This document shows, piece by piece, positions 9,837 to 20,372 of a stretch of 64,000 nucleotides of DNA. The translations under genes and the position numbers were made by a program. Numbering within the stretch: position 1 is the stretch's first letter; the number at the start of each line of letters is the position of its first letter. The notes under the pieces are model-generated. The model saw only the letters and a program-made list of their open reading frames with translations. It was not told the origin of the DNA and searched no databases. This DNA is from Rhodospirillaceae bacterium. GTDB lineage: Bacteria > Pseudomonadota > Alphaproteobacteria > UBA7985. The stretch spans positions 14,377 through 78,376 of the forward strand of contig JAYQIC010000003.1 in NCBI GenBank assembly GCA_038141425.1. Direction: 5' to 3'.

Positions 9837-11537
9837 TCAGGCGTTTTCTTCGAGCACGTCGGTGATCTCGAACCGGGTGACGTCGACCAGTCCCAGATCC
9901 GATATCCGCAATTCCGGGATCACCACCAGCGCCAGCAGGGAGTGCTGCATGTAGGCGTTGTTGAGGCTGCAGCCACAGGCGGCCATGGCATCGACCATGG
10001 CCTGCGCCTTGTCCGCGACCTCGTGGGCGGGCCGGTCGGACATCAGCCCCGCGATGGGCAGCTCGACCAGCGCGATTTCGGCGCCGTCTTTCCATACCGT
10101 AACCCCGCCGCCGACCTCGCCCAGGCGGTTCGCCGCCGCCGCCATCATGTCCCGGTCGGTCCCGACGACGATCATATGGTGGCTGTCGTGTGCGACGGTC
10201 GAAGCGATGGCCATCGAGCCCTGATAGCCAAAGCCGGAAACAAAGCCGTTGGTGACCCCGCCGGTGGCGCGGTGGCGCTCGACCAGCGCGATCTGGCAAA
10301 CCTCACCCGTGGCCTGCACCCGGCCCTCGGTCACCGGCAGCTCAAAGCTCAGCGCCCGGGTCGGCGCCTGGTTCTCGACCACCCCGATCACCCGTGCGCG
10401 GACGGCGTTGGCCCCGGGCGGCGCACTGATGCTGAAGTCCGGTGCGCTCAGCGTCTTGCCCAGCCGCACGGTCTCGCGCGCGCCCTGCGGCCAAGGGTAG
10501 TGCGGGCAGTCGGCCAGCCGTGTTCCGTCTTCAGCGACCCTGACCCCACGGGCAAAAACGGGCTCGATGGGCAGGCTGCACAGGTCGCTGGTCAGGATCA
10601 TGTCGGCGCGGCGACCGGGGGCGATGCTGCCCAGTTCCCGCTCCAGCCTGAAGTGGGTGGCGGTGTTTACCGTCGCCATCTGCAGCGCCACCAGCGGGTC
10701 ACAACCGCAGTCGATGGCGTGCCGCACCACCCGGTTCATATGGCCGTCGTTGACCAGCGTGCCCGAATGGCAGTCGTCGGTGCACAGGATGAAGTTGCGC
10801 GGGTCCAGCCCCTTCTCCGTGATCGCCGTGATCTGGCTCTCGACATCGTACCACGCCGACCCGAGCCGCAGCATGGCCCGCATCCCCTGCCGCACCCGGG
10901 CGATGGCGTCGGCCTCGGCCGTGCCCTCGTGATCGTCGGCCGCGCCCCCGGCGGCGTAGGCGTGGAACGGCGTCCCCAGATCGGGGGAGGCGTAGTGCCC
11001 GCCGACGGTCTTGCCCGCGCGCATGGTCTCGGCCATCTCGGCCAGCATCTGCGGGTCACCGTTGATCACGCCGGGGAAGTTCATCATCTCCCCTAGCCCG
11101 ATAATTCCGGGCCAGCCCATGGCCTCGGCCACGTCCTCGGGGCTGATTTCGAAGCCCGTGGTTTCCAGCCCCGGCGCAGACGGCGCGCAGGACGGCATCT
11201 GGGTGAAGATGTTCATGGGCTGCAGCAGCGCTTCGTCGTGCATCATCCGCACGCCCTCCAGCCCCAGTACGTTGGCGATCTCGTGGGGGTCGGTGAAGAT
11301 GGTGGTGGTGCCGTGGGGGATGACGGCCGCGCAGAATTCGGCCGGGGTCAGCATGCCGCTTTCGATATGCATGTGGCCGTCGCACAGGCCGGGGATGACG
11401 TAGCGCCCGCCGGCCTCGATCACCTCGGTCTCCGCGCCGATGCAGTGGCTGGCGTCGGGGCCGACGTAGGCGAAGCGCCCGGCAGCGACCGCTACCTCCC
11501 AGCCGTCGAGCACTTCGCGGCTCTGTACGTTCACCAC
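9837..11537 (-). CDS. ade: adenine deaminase
   Basis: 566-aa ORF with PGLCDGHMHIESGML and the rest of the Ade pattern. The frame stays open upstream (..WAESAPRLVVVAAGRSPADLVIRGG) with no in-frame start. An ATG at 11685 lies one frame off, so the N-terminus is probably also frame-shifted (about 11645). Confidence 0.85.
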   Translation of the reverse strand: MVNVQSREVLDGWEVAVAAGRFAYVGPDASHCIGAETEVIEAGGRYVIPGLCDGHMHIESGMLTPAEFCAAVIPHGTTTIFTDPHEIANVLGLEGVRMMHDEALLQPMNIFTQMPSCAPSAPGLETTGFEISPEDVAEAMGWPGIIGLGEMMNFPGVINGDPQMLAEMAETMRAGKTVGGHYASPDLGTPFHAYAAGGAADDHEGTAEADAIARVRQGMRAMLRLGSAWYDVESQITAITEKGLDPRNFILCTDDCHSGTLVNDGHMNRVVRHAIDCGCDPLVALQMATVNTATHFRLERELGSIAPGRRADMILTSDLCSLPIEPVFARGVRVAEDGTRLADCPHYPWPQGARETVRLGKTLSAPDFSISAPPGANAVRARVIGVVENQAPTRALSFELPVTEGRVQATGEVCQIALVERHRATGGVTNGFVSGFGYQGSMAIASTVAHDSHHMIVVGTDRDMMAAAANRLGEVGGGVTVWKDGAEIALVELPIAGLMSDRPAHEVADKAQAMVDAMAACGCSLNNAYMQHSLLALVVIPELRISDLGLVDVTRFEITDVLEENA

Positions 11538-11796
11538 CTTGCCGCCCCGGATGACGAGGTCGGCGGGGCTGCGCCCGGCTGCGACGACGACCAGACGCGG
11601 GGCGCTCTCGGCCCATGTGGCAAAAAAGGGGGCGAAGGGGGTGGCTTCCGGGGTGCAGCGGCGGCGGACTATCGGCGGTGCTCATGCGGTCGGCTTTCCT
11701 GCTGGGCCGCGCCTCAACCGGTCGCGGCTGCTGGCAGGATAAACCCGCCCGCTGCCGCCTGTCACGCTGCTGCCCTTGCCAGGCCGTGGCCAGCGC

Positions 11797-12711
11797 CTAA
11801 ACCCGGCCAAACAGACCGATAGCCGCGATCCCGGCGGCGATCACGATCGACCACAGGAACCGGCGGCTCAGCCCGCTTTCGCGCAGGATGAAGACCCCCA
11901 TCAGCACCGATACCGGGATCGATGCCTGCCGCACAGCGCTGACCGCAGCGGCTTCCCCGCCCATGGCGAAGGCCTGCAGCACCAGCAAATAGGCCGCGTA
12001 GGACGTCGCAGCGGCCACCGGCACCCGCCACGACAGCGACGCCCGGATCTGCCCCACCACCGTGCGCGGTGTGGCGCCGTCGTCCGGCGTCCCGGCCCCC
12101 GCCGCCCCGGCCTTTCCGGTAACGCGGGTGTCGATGGCGAGCAGGGCCAGCAGCCCGGCGGATACGAGAAGGTAGATGTAGAACAGGTAGGCCCCCGGCT
12201 GCACCGCCAGCATCGCGCGGGCATCAACGATGGTGTAAATCGCCGAGCCGACCAGCGCCAGCACCGCTGCCAGCAGCGCCAGCCGGTTGCCGAAAATCCC
12301 GCCCTTGGGCTTCTGCAGCATAATCGTGCCGACGAAGATCATCAGGATGCTGAGCACCACCAGCAGGCTGTACTGCACCCCGAGCGCGACGAAGGAGAAC
12401 AGCAGGATCGCCACCGGCGAGCAGCGGATGATGGGGTAGTAGATCGACAGGTCGCTGACCCGCAGCGCCTGAAACGTCCCGAAGTAGTAGAGCACCAGCC
12501 CCAGTGCCGACAGGCACACCGACAGCCACAGCGCGGGCGGCAGGCCCAGGTTCTGCTCGAACACCAGCCCGTGGACCAGCGTCATCGGGATCCAGCACAG
12601 GGCGTAGAGCAAATAGCGGGCGTTGGGGCTGGTCCCGCCCTTGAGCAGCAGGTCGCGGACCGGGTGGATTCCCGCCGATACCATCACCAGCACGACCCAC
12701 GATGCTTCCAT
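11797..12711 (-). CDS. DMT/EamA-like membrane permease
   Basis: 304 aa, about 10 hydrophobic segments. It lies downstream of, and co-oriented with, the aminomethyltransferase. Confidence 0.6.
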   Translation of the reverse strand: MEASWVVLVMVSAGIHPVRDLLLKGGTSPNARYLLYALCWIPMTLVHGLVFEQNLGLPPALWLSVCLSALGLVLYYFGTFQALRVSDLSIYYPIIRCSPVAILLFSFVALGVQYSLLVVLSILMIFVGTIMLQKPKGGIFGNRLALLAAVLALVGSAIYTIVDARAMLAVQPGAYLFYIYLLVSAGLLALLAIDTRVTGKAGAAGAGTPDDGATPRTVVGQIRASLSWRVPVAAATSYAAYLLVLQAFAMGGEAAAVSAVRQASIPVSVLMGVFILRESGLSRRFLWSIVIAAGIAAIGLFGRV

Positions 12712-12765
12712 CAGTGGGCTGCCTGCCTGCGGCCGTTCATGCGTTCACCCTGAATGCGGCCATCC

Positions 12766-13949
12766 CTAGTTTTCGCCCTTGGCCTTGGCCTTGCGCGGGT
12801 CGAAGAACGGCTTTTCGACCACCTCGGCGTCGCAGTCCCCTGCGGCCGCTGGACCCGCAGTGCGGTGCCCAGCCCAGCGCAGTCCGTGCTGACGAAGGCG
12901 AGCGCGATATTCTGCTCCAGCCGCGGGGAATAGACGGCGGAGGTGACCCGGCCCACGGTCTCACCAGGAGCATCGGTGACCGGCCAGAAGGTGGTGTTCG
13001 GCCCGGTCAGCGGCTCGGCATCCAGCCGCAGCCCGACTTGGATCCGGTCGACCCCGGTCTCGCGGATTTTCAGCAGCGCCTCGCGCCCGATGAAGTCGTG
13101 GCCGGCGTCGAGGTCGACCAGCCGGTCGAGCCCAAGCTCGAAGGGATTGACGGTGATGTCGGCGTCGGCCTGGTAGGACAGCATCCCGCCTTCGATCCGC
13201 CGGATCGAGGAGGTGTGCCCGGGCTGCAGGCCGAAGGGCTGGCCCGCCGCCATGATCGCTTCCCACAGCGCGTCGCCCTGCGCGCTGTCCTGCAGGTAGA
13301 TTTCGTAGCCCAGTTCGCTCGACCAGCCGGTGCGGGAGACGATGACCGGGATGCCGTCGAGCTCCAGCTCGCGCAGCCAGTAGTAGCGCAGATCGCGGAT
13401 CTCATCGCCGAACAGCGCGGCCATGATCTCCCCGACTTCGGCCCCTGCAGCTGCAGCGGGGAGACGTCGGGCTCGTGGATCCGGACATCGAGGCCGCTGT
13501 TCACCGCCACCCCTGCGCCCACAGCAGCACGTCGCTGTCGGCCAGCGACAGCCAGAACCGGTCCTCGGCCAGCCGCAGCAGCACGGGGTCGTTGATCAGG
13601 CAGCCTTCGGCATTGGTGATCAGCACGTACTTGCACTGGCCGACGGCGAGCTTGGACAGGTCGCGCGGGGTCAGCCGCTGGACGAAGGCGGCGGCGTCCG
13701 GGCCGCTGATCTCCACCTGCCGCTCGACGGCGACATCGCACAGGATGGCGTCGTTGATCAGGTTCCAGAAGTTCTGCGCCGGGTCACCGAAATCGCGCGG
13801 TATGTACATGTGATTGTAGACGGAGAACCCCGTCGCCCCCAGCGCACGGTGGCGTCGAAGTAGGGCGATTTGCGGATCTGGGTGCCAAAGCCGAAGTCTT
13901 TGGAGACGGCGCCGGATGGCGTGCCCGCGCGGGCAGCGGTGTCGGTCAT
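12766..13949 (-). CDS. aminomethyltransferase, GcvT/DmdA family; frame broken four times as sequenced
   Basis: Pieces in three frames join into one protein: ...SPYFDATVRWGATGFSVYNHMYIPRDFGD...LLWAQGVAVNSGLDVRIHEPDVSPLQLQGPKSGEIMAALFGDEIRDLRYYW...RSGWSSELGYEIY...LRVQRPQGDCDAEVVEKPFFDPRKAKAKGEN. The breaks are at C-runs 13855..13859, 13509..13512, 13430..13433 and 12837..12840. Confidence 0.7.
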
Positions 13950-14118
13950 GAACGGGGTTCCTGCGATCGGGGGAAGGGGGTCTTTTGGCCTGCCTTGCCA
14001 CTTATCGGGATTGGCCGGGAAAGCAAGCGGTGGAGGGCTGTTTCCGGTTTGGCTTGCCGTGCTTGAAATTTTGGACTAACGGACCGCGGTAGCCGACCCA
14101 ATGGATTTCGGTCGTGGT

Positions 14119-14418
14119 TCACTTTGTTGCTCCAACCTCAATTGCTTGCTCATCAGTCAATCTATAGGCGATTCCTAACCTGTAGAGTTCGTCGACCCGA
14201 GAATATGAAAGTTCGTCGAATGCATCTCGATCCGGCTCCAGAAACCACTTCTCGTCGTGCTTGTATTTTTTTGGCAGGTTGTTGTACCCAAAATCTGCAA
14301 AGGCCTTGAGCTCGAGCTCAAAGGCTTCCAGGTCGCCATTCTTCGCCAAAACAGCTTTGATCAGTTCATCGCAAGACCTGAAGTGATACCATTTGTTCGG
14401 CTGGATCCACCGCTTCAT
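14119..14418 (-). CDS. hypothetical protein (99 aa) in AT-rich islet
   Basis: Protein-like composition (MKRWIQPNKWYHFRSCDELIKAVLAKNGDLEAFELELKAF...). Its GC is much lower than the flanks. I recognise no family. Confidence 0.45.
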   Translation of the reverse strand: MKRWIQPNKWYHFRSCDELIKAVLAKNGDLEAFELELKAFADFGYNNLPKKYKHDEKWFLEPDRDAFDELSYSRVDELYRLGIAYRLTDEQAIEVGATK

Positions 14419-14684
14419 CGGCCTGTCAGCGGTTTGCTGGCTCCGTGTGGTCCATCAACGCAGTCCCACCAGAGGCAATTGTACCAGTGGAAGGTCGAAG
14501 GCGCAGGCCCTGGTCGATCATAAATTTCAAAGACTCGCAAAGGGGCGAACATAGACCCATGTACCCAGACCGGCACTGGACCGGGTCTTCTTCCGATAGC
14601 CGCGCTGTCGTATCCTCTATGTAGAGGTTTTTGGGAACCAACAAAGCGGCTTTTCTGGACAGATATCGCCAACTTGTCCTTCAA
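14415..14684 (-). CDS. hypothetical ORF (89 aa) overlapping the next ORF by ATGA
   Basis: Its stop overlaps the start of 14119..14418 (ATGA at 14415..14418). It has a TTG start and odd W/C-rich composition. An alternative frame (14426..14644) is also open, so this call is weak. Confidence 0.25.
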   Translation of the reverse strand: MKDKLAISVQKSRFVGSQKPLHRGYDSAAIGRRPGPVPVWVHGSMFAPLRVFEIYDRPGPAPSTFHWYNCLWWDCVDGPHGASKPLTGR

Positions 14685-15057
14685 TCATCGGCGCGGAGTT
14701 GTTCGTTCGCTTGGCAGGCAGCTAATCCTCAGAGGATAATGATCGATGATAAAAGGCCTTGTCACCGGACTGCAACGCTGACACCGATCGAGACGGCGAT
14801 AATCTTGCCATCGCAGGGGAGTTTCGATCTCCTCCCTCGATCATCAGCCGTCCTGATCTCCTGCTCAACCGGCCTTGCTTGCCCGGCGATTTCCCGGTCA
14901 AAGCCAGATTCTTCAGGCTCCTTGGGCGGGAGGCATTGGTGGCAATCCTTGTCAAATGGTCGCGATGGCGAGGATGTCAATCAAAGATTAAACGCCACCG
15001 ATAAAAATTCCAGTGCTGAAGTTCTGGCATTTCAGTCAGCAGGATCGGTCTGTCGGT

Positions 15058-16629
15058 TTAGCCGTAGAGCGCTGCATGCTCTTCCCGCAGCGCTTTTTTC
15101 TGCACCTTGCCCATGGCGTTGCGGGGTAGGGCGTCGACCAGCACCACCTGCCGGGGTTGCTTGAACCGCGCGAGGCGGTCGGCGAGGAAGGCCGCGACGC
15201 TCTCGGCCGTGATCGCCGCCTCGTTCACGCCCTCGTTCACCCCTGTGCTCTCCCCTGAGGCTCTCCCGCCCGCTTCCGGCACGATCACCGCCGTCACCGC
15301 CTCGCCCAGATCGGGGTGGGGCAGGCCGATGACGCAGCTCTCCCGCACCCCTGGCATCCGGTCCAGCTGCTCCTCCACCTCCTTGGGGTAGACGTTGAAG
15401 CCGCCGCTGATGATCAGGTCCTTGGCGCGGCCGACGATGGCGATGCGCCCGTCTTCGGCCATGGTCGCCATATCGCCGGTGATGAAGTGGCCGTCGGCGC
15501 GGAACTCCTCCGCCGTCTTCTCCGGCATGTTCCAGTAGCCGGCGAAGACGTTGGGGCCGGTGATCTCCAGAATGCCGATCTCGCCCGCTGGCAGCGCCGC
15601 GCCCGCCGGGTCGGCGACCCGCGCGCTGACCCCCGGCAGGGCGAAGCCGACCGTGCCCGCGATCCGCTCGCCCCCTGCGTAGGGGTTGGAGGTGATCATC
15701 CCCGCCTCGGTCATGCCATAGCGTTCGAGGATCGGCTTGCCGGTCAGGGCCGCGAACTGGTCGAAGGTCTCGGGCAGCAGCGGCGCCGAGCCGGAGATGA
15801 ACAGCCGCACGCCGTCGCTGACGCTGCGGTCGAACCCGGGCGTATCGAGCAGGCGGACGTAGAAGGTCGGCACCCCCATGAGCACGCTGGCCCCGGGCAG
15901 CTCAGCCACCAGCCGTGCGGGGTCGAAGACGTCGAGGAAGATCACCTCCGAGCCGTTGAGCAGGGCGCAGTGCAGCGCGACGAACAGGCCGTGGACGTGG
16001 AACACCGGCAGCGCGTGGAGCAGCACGTCCCCCGGCACCCAGCCCCAGTATTCGTGCAGCACCAGCCCGTTGGAGATCAGGTTTCCGTGGGTGATCATCG
16101 CCCCCTTCGACCGCCCGGTGGTGCCGGAGGTGTAGAGGATGGCGGCGAGGTCGTCGCGCCCTCGGCTGACCACACCGGTGGCGGGGGGCAGGGCCGCTGC
16201 GGCCTCGGGCAGGCTGCCGCCGCCGTCGGTGCCGAGCGTCAGGCAGTGGGCGACGCCCGTCTCCACCGCCAGCGCGGGGAGGTCGTGGGTCGCCGCCGCC
16301 GCTGGGTCACAGACCAGCACGCGCGGGCTGGCGTCGCCGAGGAAGTAGGCCAGCTCGGCCCGGGTATAGGCGGGGTTGAGCGGCACGAACACCGCGCCCG
16401 CGCGCAGGCAGGCGAGGTAGAGCAGCACGAATTCCACCGACTTGCCGACCTGCACCACCACCCGGTCGCCGGGGCTGACCCCGCTGGCGGTGAGCGCGGC
16501 GGCGTAGCACCCGGTTTCGGTGTCGAGGTCGGCGTAGGCGAGGCTGCGCCGGTCCCCGAGCAGGAACAGGGCGCCGGGGTCAGCCGGGCGCCGATCCTGG
16601 AAGCAGCTGTAGAGGTTCTGGTCGAGCAT
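15058..16629 (-). CDS. matB: malonyl-CoA synthetase-like AMP-dependent acyl-CoA ligase
   Basis: 523 aa. It has the YTSGTTGRSKGA AMP-binding motif. QVGKSVEFVLLYLACLRAGAVFVPLNPAYTRAELAYFLGDA closely resembles rhizobial MatB as I recall it. Confidence 0.7.
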   Translation of the reverse strand: MLDQNLYSCFQDRRPADPGALFLLGDRRSLAYADLDTETGCYAAALTASGVSPGDRVVVQVGKSVEFVLLYLACLRAGAVFVPLNPAYTRAELAYFLGDASPRVLVCDPAAAATHDLPALAVETGVAHCLTLGTDGGGSLPEAAAALPPATGVVSRGRDDLAAILYTSGTTGRSKGAMITHGNLISNGLVLHEYWGWVPGDVLLHALPVFHVHGLFVALHCALLNGSEVIFLDVFDPARLVAELPGASVLMGVPTFYVRLLDTPGFDRSVSDGVRLFISGSAPLLPETFDQFAALTGKPILERYGMTEAGMITSNPYAGGERIAGTVGFALPGVSARVADPAGAALPAGEIGILEITGPNVFAGYWNMPEKTAEEFRADGHFITGDMATMAEDGRIAIVGRAKDLIISGGFNVYPKEVEEQLDRMPGVRESCVIGLPHPDLGEAVTAVIVPEAGGRASGESTGVNEGVNEAAITAESVAAFLADRLARFKQPRQVVLVDALPRNAMGKVQKKALREEHAALYG

Positions 16630-16735
16630 GGCGGGTCCGGGTCCGGCGTTGTGGGTTCGCCCTCACCCTTCCTGCGCGCCGTGCCGACGTCAAGGCCAGC
16701 TTGCGCCGTGGGTCATCTCGGATTAATCCGGGCGA

Positions 16736-18061
16736 TCAATCGCCACCGCCGTCGTCGGCGTCATCGCTGCCGTCGCGATCCTTGCGACGCTCGCCCAGCC
16801 GCAGCCGCCGGATCAGCAGCGCCACCACCAGCACCACCGGCACCACCAGCCCCGCGGTCAGCTGCGGCTTGGAGAAGCCAGCCGCGTCGGCCAGCGGATA
16901 CAGCAGCCCGGCGAGCAGGTTGACGGCGTAGTAGCTGATGGCGATCACCGACAGGCCCTCGACCGTGCGCTGCAGCCGCAGTTGCAGCCCCGTACGCCGG
17001 TCCATGCTGGTCAGCAGCGACTGGTTCTGCGCCGAGCGCGAGACGTCGACGCGGGTGCGCAGCAGCTCGGCCGTGCGGGTGGTGCGGTCGAGCTGGCTGT
17101 TGAGCCGGTCCTGGGTCGAGCTGACGGTCCGGATCGCCGGGTCAAAGCGGCGCATCATGAACTCGTGGAAGGTCTGCAGCCCCTCGAACCGCTGCTCGCG
17201 CAGCAGCTCGATCCGGTCGTGGACAATGGCGTTGTAGGCCTCGGTCGCGCCGAAGCGGAAGGTCATCAGCGCCGCCTGTTCCTCCAGCGTTGAGGAGATG
17301 TCGAGCAGGTTGAACAGCAGGCCTTCGGCGTCTGCGTCGGCCTTGGCCATGGTCAGCACGATGTCTTCCAGCCGCTGGTCGAAGTTGGTCAGCGCCTTGG
17401 CCAGCTTGCGCGCGCGGTGCAGGCCGAGCATGGCCATGGCGCGGTAGGTCTCGATCTCCAGCACCGACTGAACCACCTGCCCGACGCGGGCCGGGCTGGT
17501 GCCGGGCGCAACGAACAGGGCGAAGCGCATGTGGCCGTGTTCGTCGAGCTGGAAGTCCCCGGCGAGCACGGCGCTGCCGTCGAGGATGCGGGCGGCGGCG
17601 AGGCTCTTGGGGTTGAACCACTGGGACAGGCGTGCGGCCATGGCTGCCGGGTCTTCGGGGGCGAGTTCGACCCGGATGGAAACCTGCACCAGCGCCGGGG
17701 TGGTCAGGCCCTGCGCCCAGTCATCGAGGGTGGCGCGGGCGTCATCGAAGGCGAAGGCCTCAGCCGCCGTGTCTTCGCGGAACAGCGCGAGGCTGGTGAA
17801 CTCCGAATGCTGCTCCCATTTCAGCCGCTCGCCCGCCGCCACGCGGTCGAGGAAGTGGTTGGTGCCGACCTTGCCAGCGTCGAGCCCGGCGGCGCTCAAC
17901 CGGTCGGTCAGCCGGTCGCGTTCGGCGGCCCGGTCGCGCCCGACCGCATTCTCCGGGTGCTTGCAGGCGAGAAAGACCACGTCGCAGGGGGCGCTGATTT
18001 CCGCAAAGGGGCGCGCGTGGAGTTCGTCGATCAGGTCGCGGCGGCGCGGATGCTCCTGCAT
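16736..18061 (-). CDS. DUF3422 family membrane-anchored protein
   Basis: 441 aa. The N-terminus HPRRRDLIDELHARPF is typical of DUF3422, and there are two C-terminal TM helices. Confidence 0.6.
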   Translation of the reverse strand: MQEHPRRRDLIDELHARPFAEISAPCDVVFLACKHPENAVGRDRAAERDRLTDRLSAAGLDAGKVGTNHFLDRVAAGERLKWEQHSEFTSLALFREDTAAEAFAFDDARATLDDWAQGLTTPALVQVSIRVELAPEDPAAMAARLSQWFNPKSLAAARILDGSAVLAGDFQLDEHGHMRFALFVAPGTSPARVGQVVQSVLEIETYRAMAMLGLHRARKLAKALTNFDQRLEDIVLTMAKADADAEGLLFNLLDISSTLEEQAALMTFRFGATEAYNAIVHDRIELLREQRFEGLQTFHEFMMRRFDPAIRTVSSTQDRLNSQLDRTTRTAELLRTRVDVSRSAQNQSLLTSMDRRTGLQLRLQRTVEGLSVIAISYYAVNLLAGLLYPLADAAGFSKPQLTAGLVVPVVLVVALLIRRLRLGERRKDRDGSDDADDGGGD

Positions 18062-18205
18062 GGCGCGGTCTCCGGCAAAAAAAGCTCAGTAAATCGGTGA
18101 TTTAGGCCGTTTGTCCTAAAAGTCCCGTACGGCTGCCTGTCGCTCTTGTGCCTCTGCGGTGAATTTGCGCTTGCTGCGCGCGGCAAAGGCGCAGCTAATG
18201 GCGCC

Positions 18206-18802
18206 ATGATCAGCTTCGGCCTCGCCGCATTTTTCCTCGTCCTCACCCCCGGCCCAGCCGTCCTGACGGTCGCAGGCTTCGGCGCGTCCTATGGTTTCCG
18301 GCGCTCGGTGGTGTTTGTGCTCGGGATCATGCTGGGGGCGAACCTGGTGATGCTCGCGGTGATGAGCGGCCTGGCCGCCGTGCTGCTATCGGCGCCGGGA
18401 CTGCGGCTGGTGCTGCTGGCCGGATCGACGGTGTTCCTGTTCTATCTGGCTGCCCGGATCGCCTTCGCGGGGACGAAGATCGCCTTCATCGAGGCCCGGC
18501 ACCCGCCCGGCGTGCTCAGCGCAGTGGTGCTGCAGGTGCTGAACCCCAAGGCCTATGCCGTCAACACGGCGCTGTTCACCGGCTTCAACTTCGCGCCCGA
18601 GGCCCCGTGGTTCGAGATCGGTGCCAAGCTGCTTATCGCCAACATGGTCTGGATTCCACTGCACTTCCTGTGGCTCTGGGCCGGGGTGCGGCTGCACGCG
18701 CTGGAGCTCTCGGAGCGGTGGCAGCGGGTGATCAATCTCGGGATGGCTGCGGCGCTGGTGGCGGTGGCGGTGCTGTCTGCGGTGACGCTGCTGTTCGCCT
18801 GA
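18206..18802 (+). CDS. LysE/RhtB family amino-acid exporter
   Basis: MISFGLAAFFLVLTPGPAVL is the typical LysE N-terminus. Multiple TM segments. ATG at 18206 within ORF 18146..18802. Confidence 0.75.
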   Translation: MISFGLAAFFLVLTPGPAVLTVAGFGASYGFRRSVVFVLGIMLGANLVMLAVMSGLAAVLLSAPGLRLVLLAGSTVFLFYLAARIAFAGTKIAFIEARHPPGVLSAVVLQVLNPKAYAVNTALFTGFNFAPEAPWFEIGAKLLIANMVWIPLHFLWLWAGVRLHALELSERWQRVINLGMAAALVAVAVLSAVTLLFA

Positions 18803-18926
18803 AAACGGCCAATCCGTCGCAGCATCCGGTCGCAAAAGTGTCGCAAGGGTGACGCAAATCGATAAACTCTCCGGCATCGAATCTTGTCTGGATTTTGCGA
18901 CAGAGTTTCAACTGGAGGATGGCACA

Positions 18927-20307
18927 ATGGACGGCGAGTTTTACAGCAACACCCGCAAGGTCATGCCCTTTGCCAGCGCCAAGGCCGAAGCTGCCCCGTC
19001 GGTGCCGATCGACAGCGCGCGCGGCAACGCCCTCGACGACGGCAGCCCGAACAACGGCAACCGCATCGAAATCGGCCCGACCGACCTCGCGTGGCAGGAG
19101 TGGCACGCAGCCGGGCTGCAGGCGCCGGACCTGCAGGCCATGCGCGGCTACCGCCTCGACCGGATCGTCAAGGCCCTGCACGAGCGCGACTGGGGCGGCG
19201 TGCTGCTGTTCGACCCGCTGAACATCCGCTACGCCAGCGACAGCACCAGCATGCAGCTGTGGAACACCCACAATCCGTTCCGCGCCTGTCTGGTCACCGC
19301 CGACGGTCATCTGGTGGTCTGGGACTACAAGAACAGCCCGTTCCTGTGCGACTTCAACCCGCTCGTCAAAGAAGTGCGCAGCGGGGCGAGCATGTTCTAC
19401 TTTGCCAACGGCGACCGAACGCAGCAGGCCGCCAATGGCTTCGCGCAGCAGGTGGTCGAGCTGATGGGTGAGCACGCCGGCGGCAACATGCGGCTGGGTG
19501 TCGACAAGATCATGCTCGACGGCTTCTACGCACTGCGCGACGCTGGCTTTGACGTCATGCGCGGCGAGGAAGCGATGGAGAAGGCGCGCAGCGTCAAGAG
19601 CATCGACGAGCAGCTGGCCATGAAGTGCGCGAGCTGGTCGTGCGAGCAATCGGTCTACGAGATGCAGGCGGCGGTAAAGCCGGGCATGAGCGAAGACGAA
19701 ATCTGGTCGGTCCTGCACGCCGGCAACATCAAGCGCGGCGGCGAGTGGATCGAAACCCGCCTGCTGGCCTCCGGCCCCCGGACCAATCCGTGGTTTCCAG
19801 GAGTGCGGCCCGCGCAAGCTGCAGAACAACGAAATCCTCGCCTTCGACACCGATCTGGTCGGCATCTACGGCTTCTGCATCGACATCTCGCGTACATGGT
19901 GGATCGGCGATCAGGCACCGCGCGCGGACATGATCGAGGCCTATAAGCACGCGGTCGAGCACATGCGCACCAACGAGCAGTTGGTGAAACCGGGCACGAC
20001 CATGAAGGAACTGACCTTCGGCGGGCACCAGCTGGACCCGAAGTACGTGGCGCGGCAGTACAGCTGCCGGTTCCACGGCGTTGGCCTTTGCGATGAGTGG
20101 CCGTGCATCCCCTACAAGGAAGAATTCCAGGACGGGGCCAACGACTACGAGCTCGAGCCGGGCATGTGCCTGTGTGTTGAAGCGCTGGTGGGCGAGGAAG
20201 GCGGCGACTTCTGCATCAAGCTCGAAGACCAGCTGATCGTGACCGAGACTGGCTTCGAGAACATCACGCAGTACCCCTACGACGCGCGGTTGCTGGGCGA
20301 GGCCTGA
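18927..20307 (+). CDS. dddP: DMSP lyase DddP (M24 metallopeptidase fold); frame broken once
   Basis: GGAGGA RBS before ATG 18927. Segments match my memory of roseobacter DddP: DDGSPNNGNRIEIGPT, LLFDPLNIRYASDSTSMQLWNTHNPFRA, WDYKNSPFL and GGEWIETRLLASGPRTNPWF-QECGPR. ORFs 18849..19946 and 19930..20307 join if the T3 run at 19794..19796 is T2. Confidence 0.8.
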
Positions 20308-20312
20308 GCTGT

Positions 20313-20372
20313 GAGATTGGGGGCCTTAAGATTGGTAGCCGAGAGATTGAGGGCCGGGTGATGGGCATGGGC
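20313..20372. repeat. four tandem 15-bp direct repeats (rAGATTGnnGGCCnn) between dddP and the cupin gene
   Basis: The copies are gagattgggggcctt, aagattggtagccga, gagattgagggccgg and gtgatgggcatgggc, starting at 20313, 20328, 20343 and 20358. The fourth is degenerate. Confidence 0.6.

Noticed and set aside
12766-13949. Calling the four-times-broken aminomethyltransferase (and other split genes) true pseudogenes
   Set aside because: Every break sits in a C/G homopolymer, and the joined protein is full-length with conserved segments. Sequencing error is the simpler explanation, although only read data can decide.
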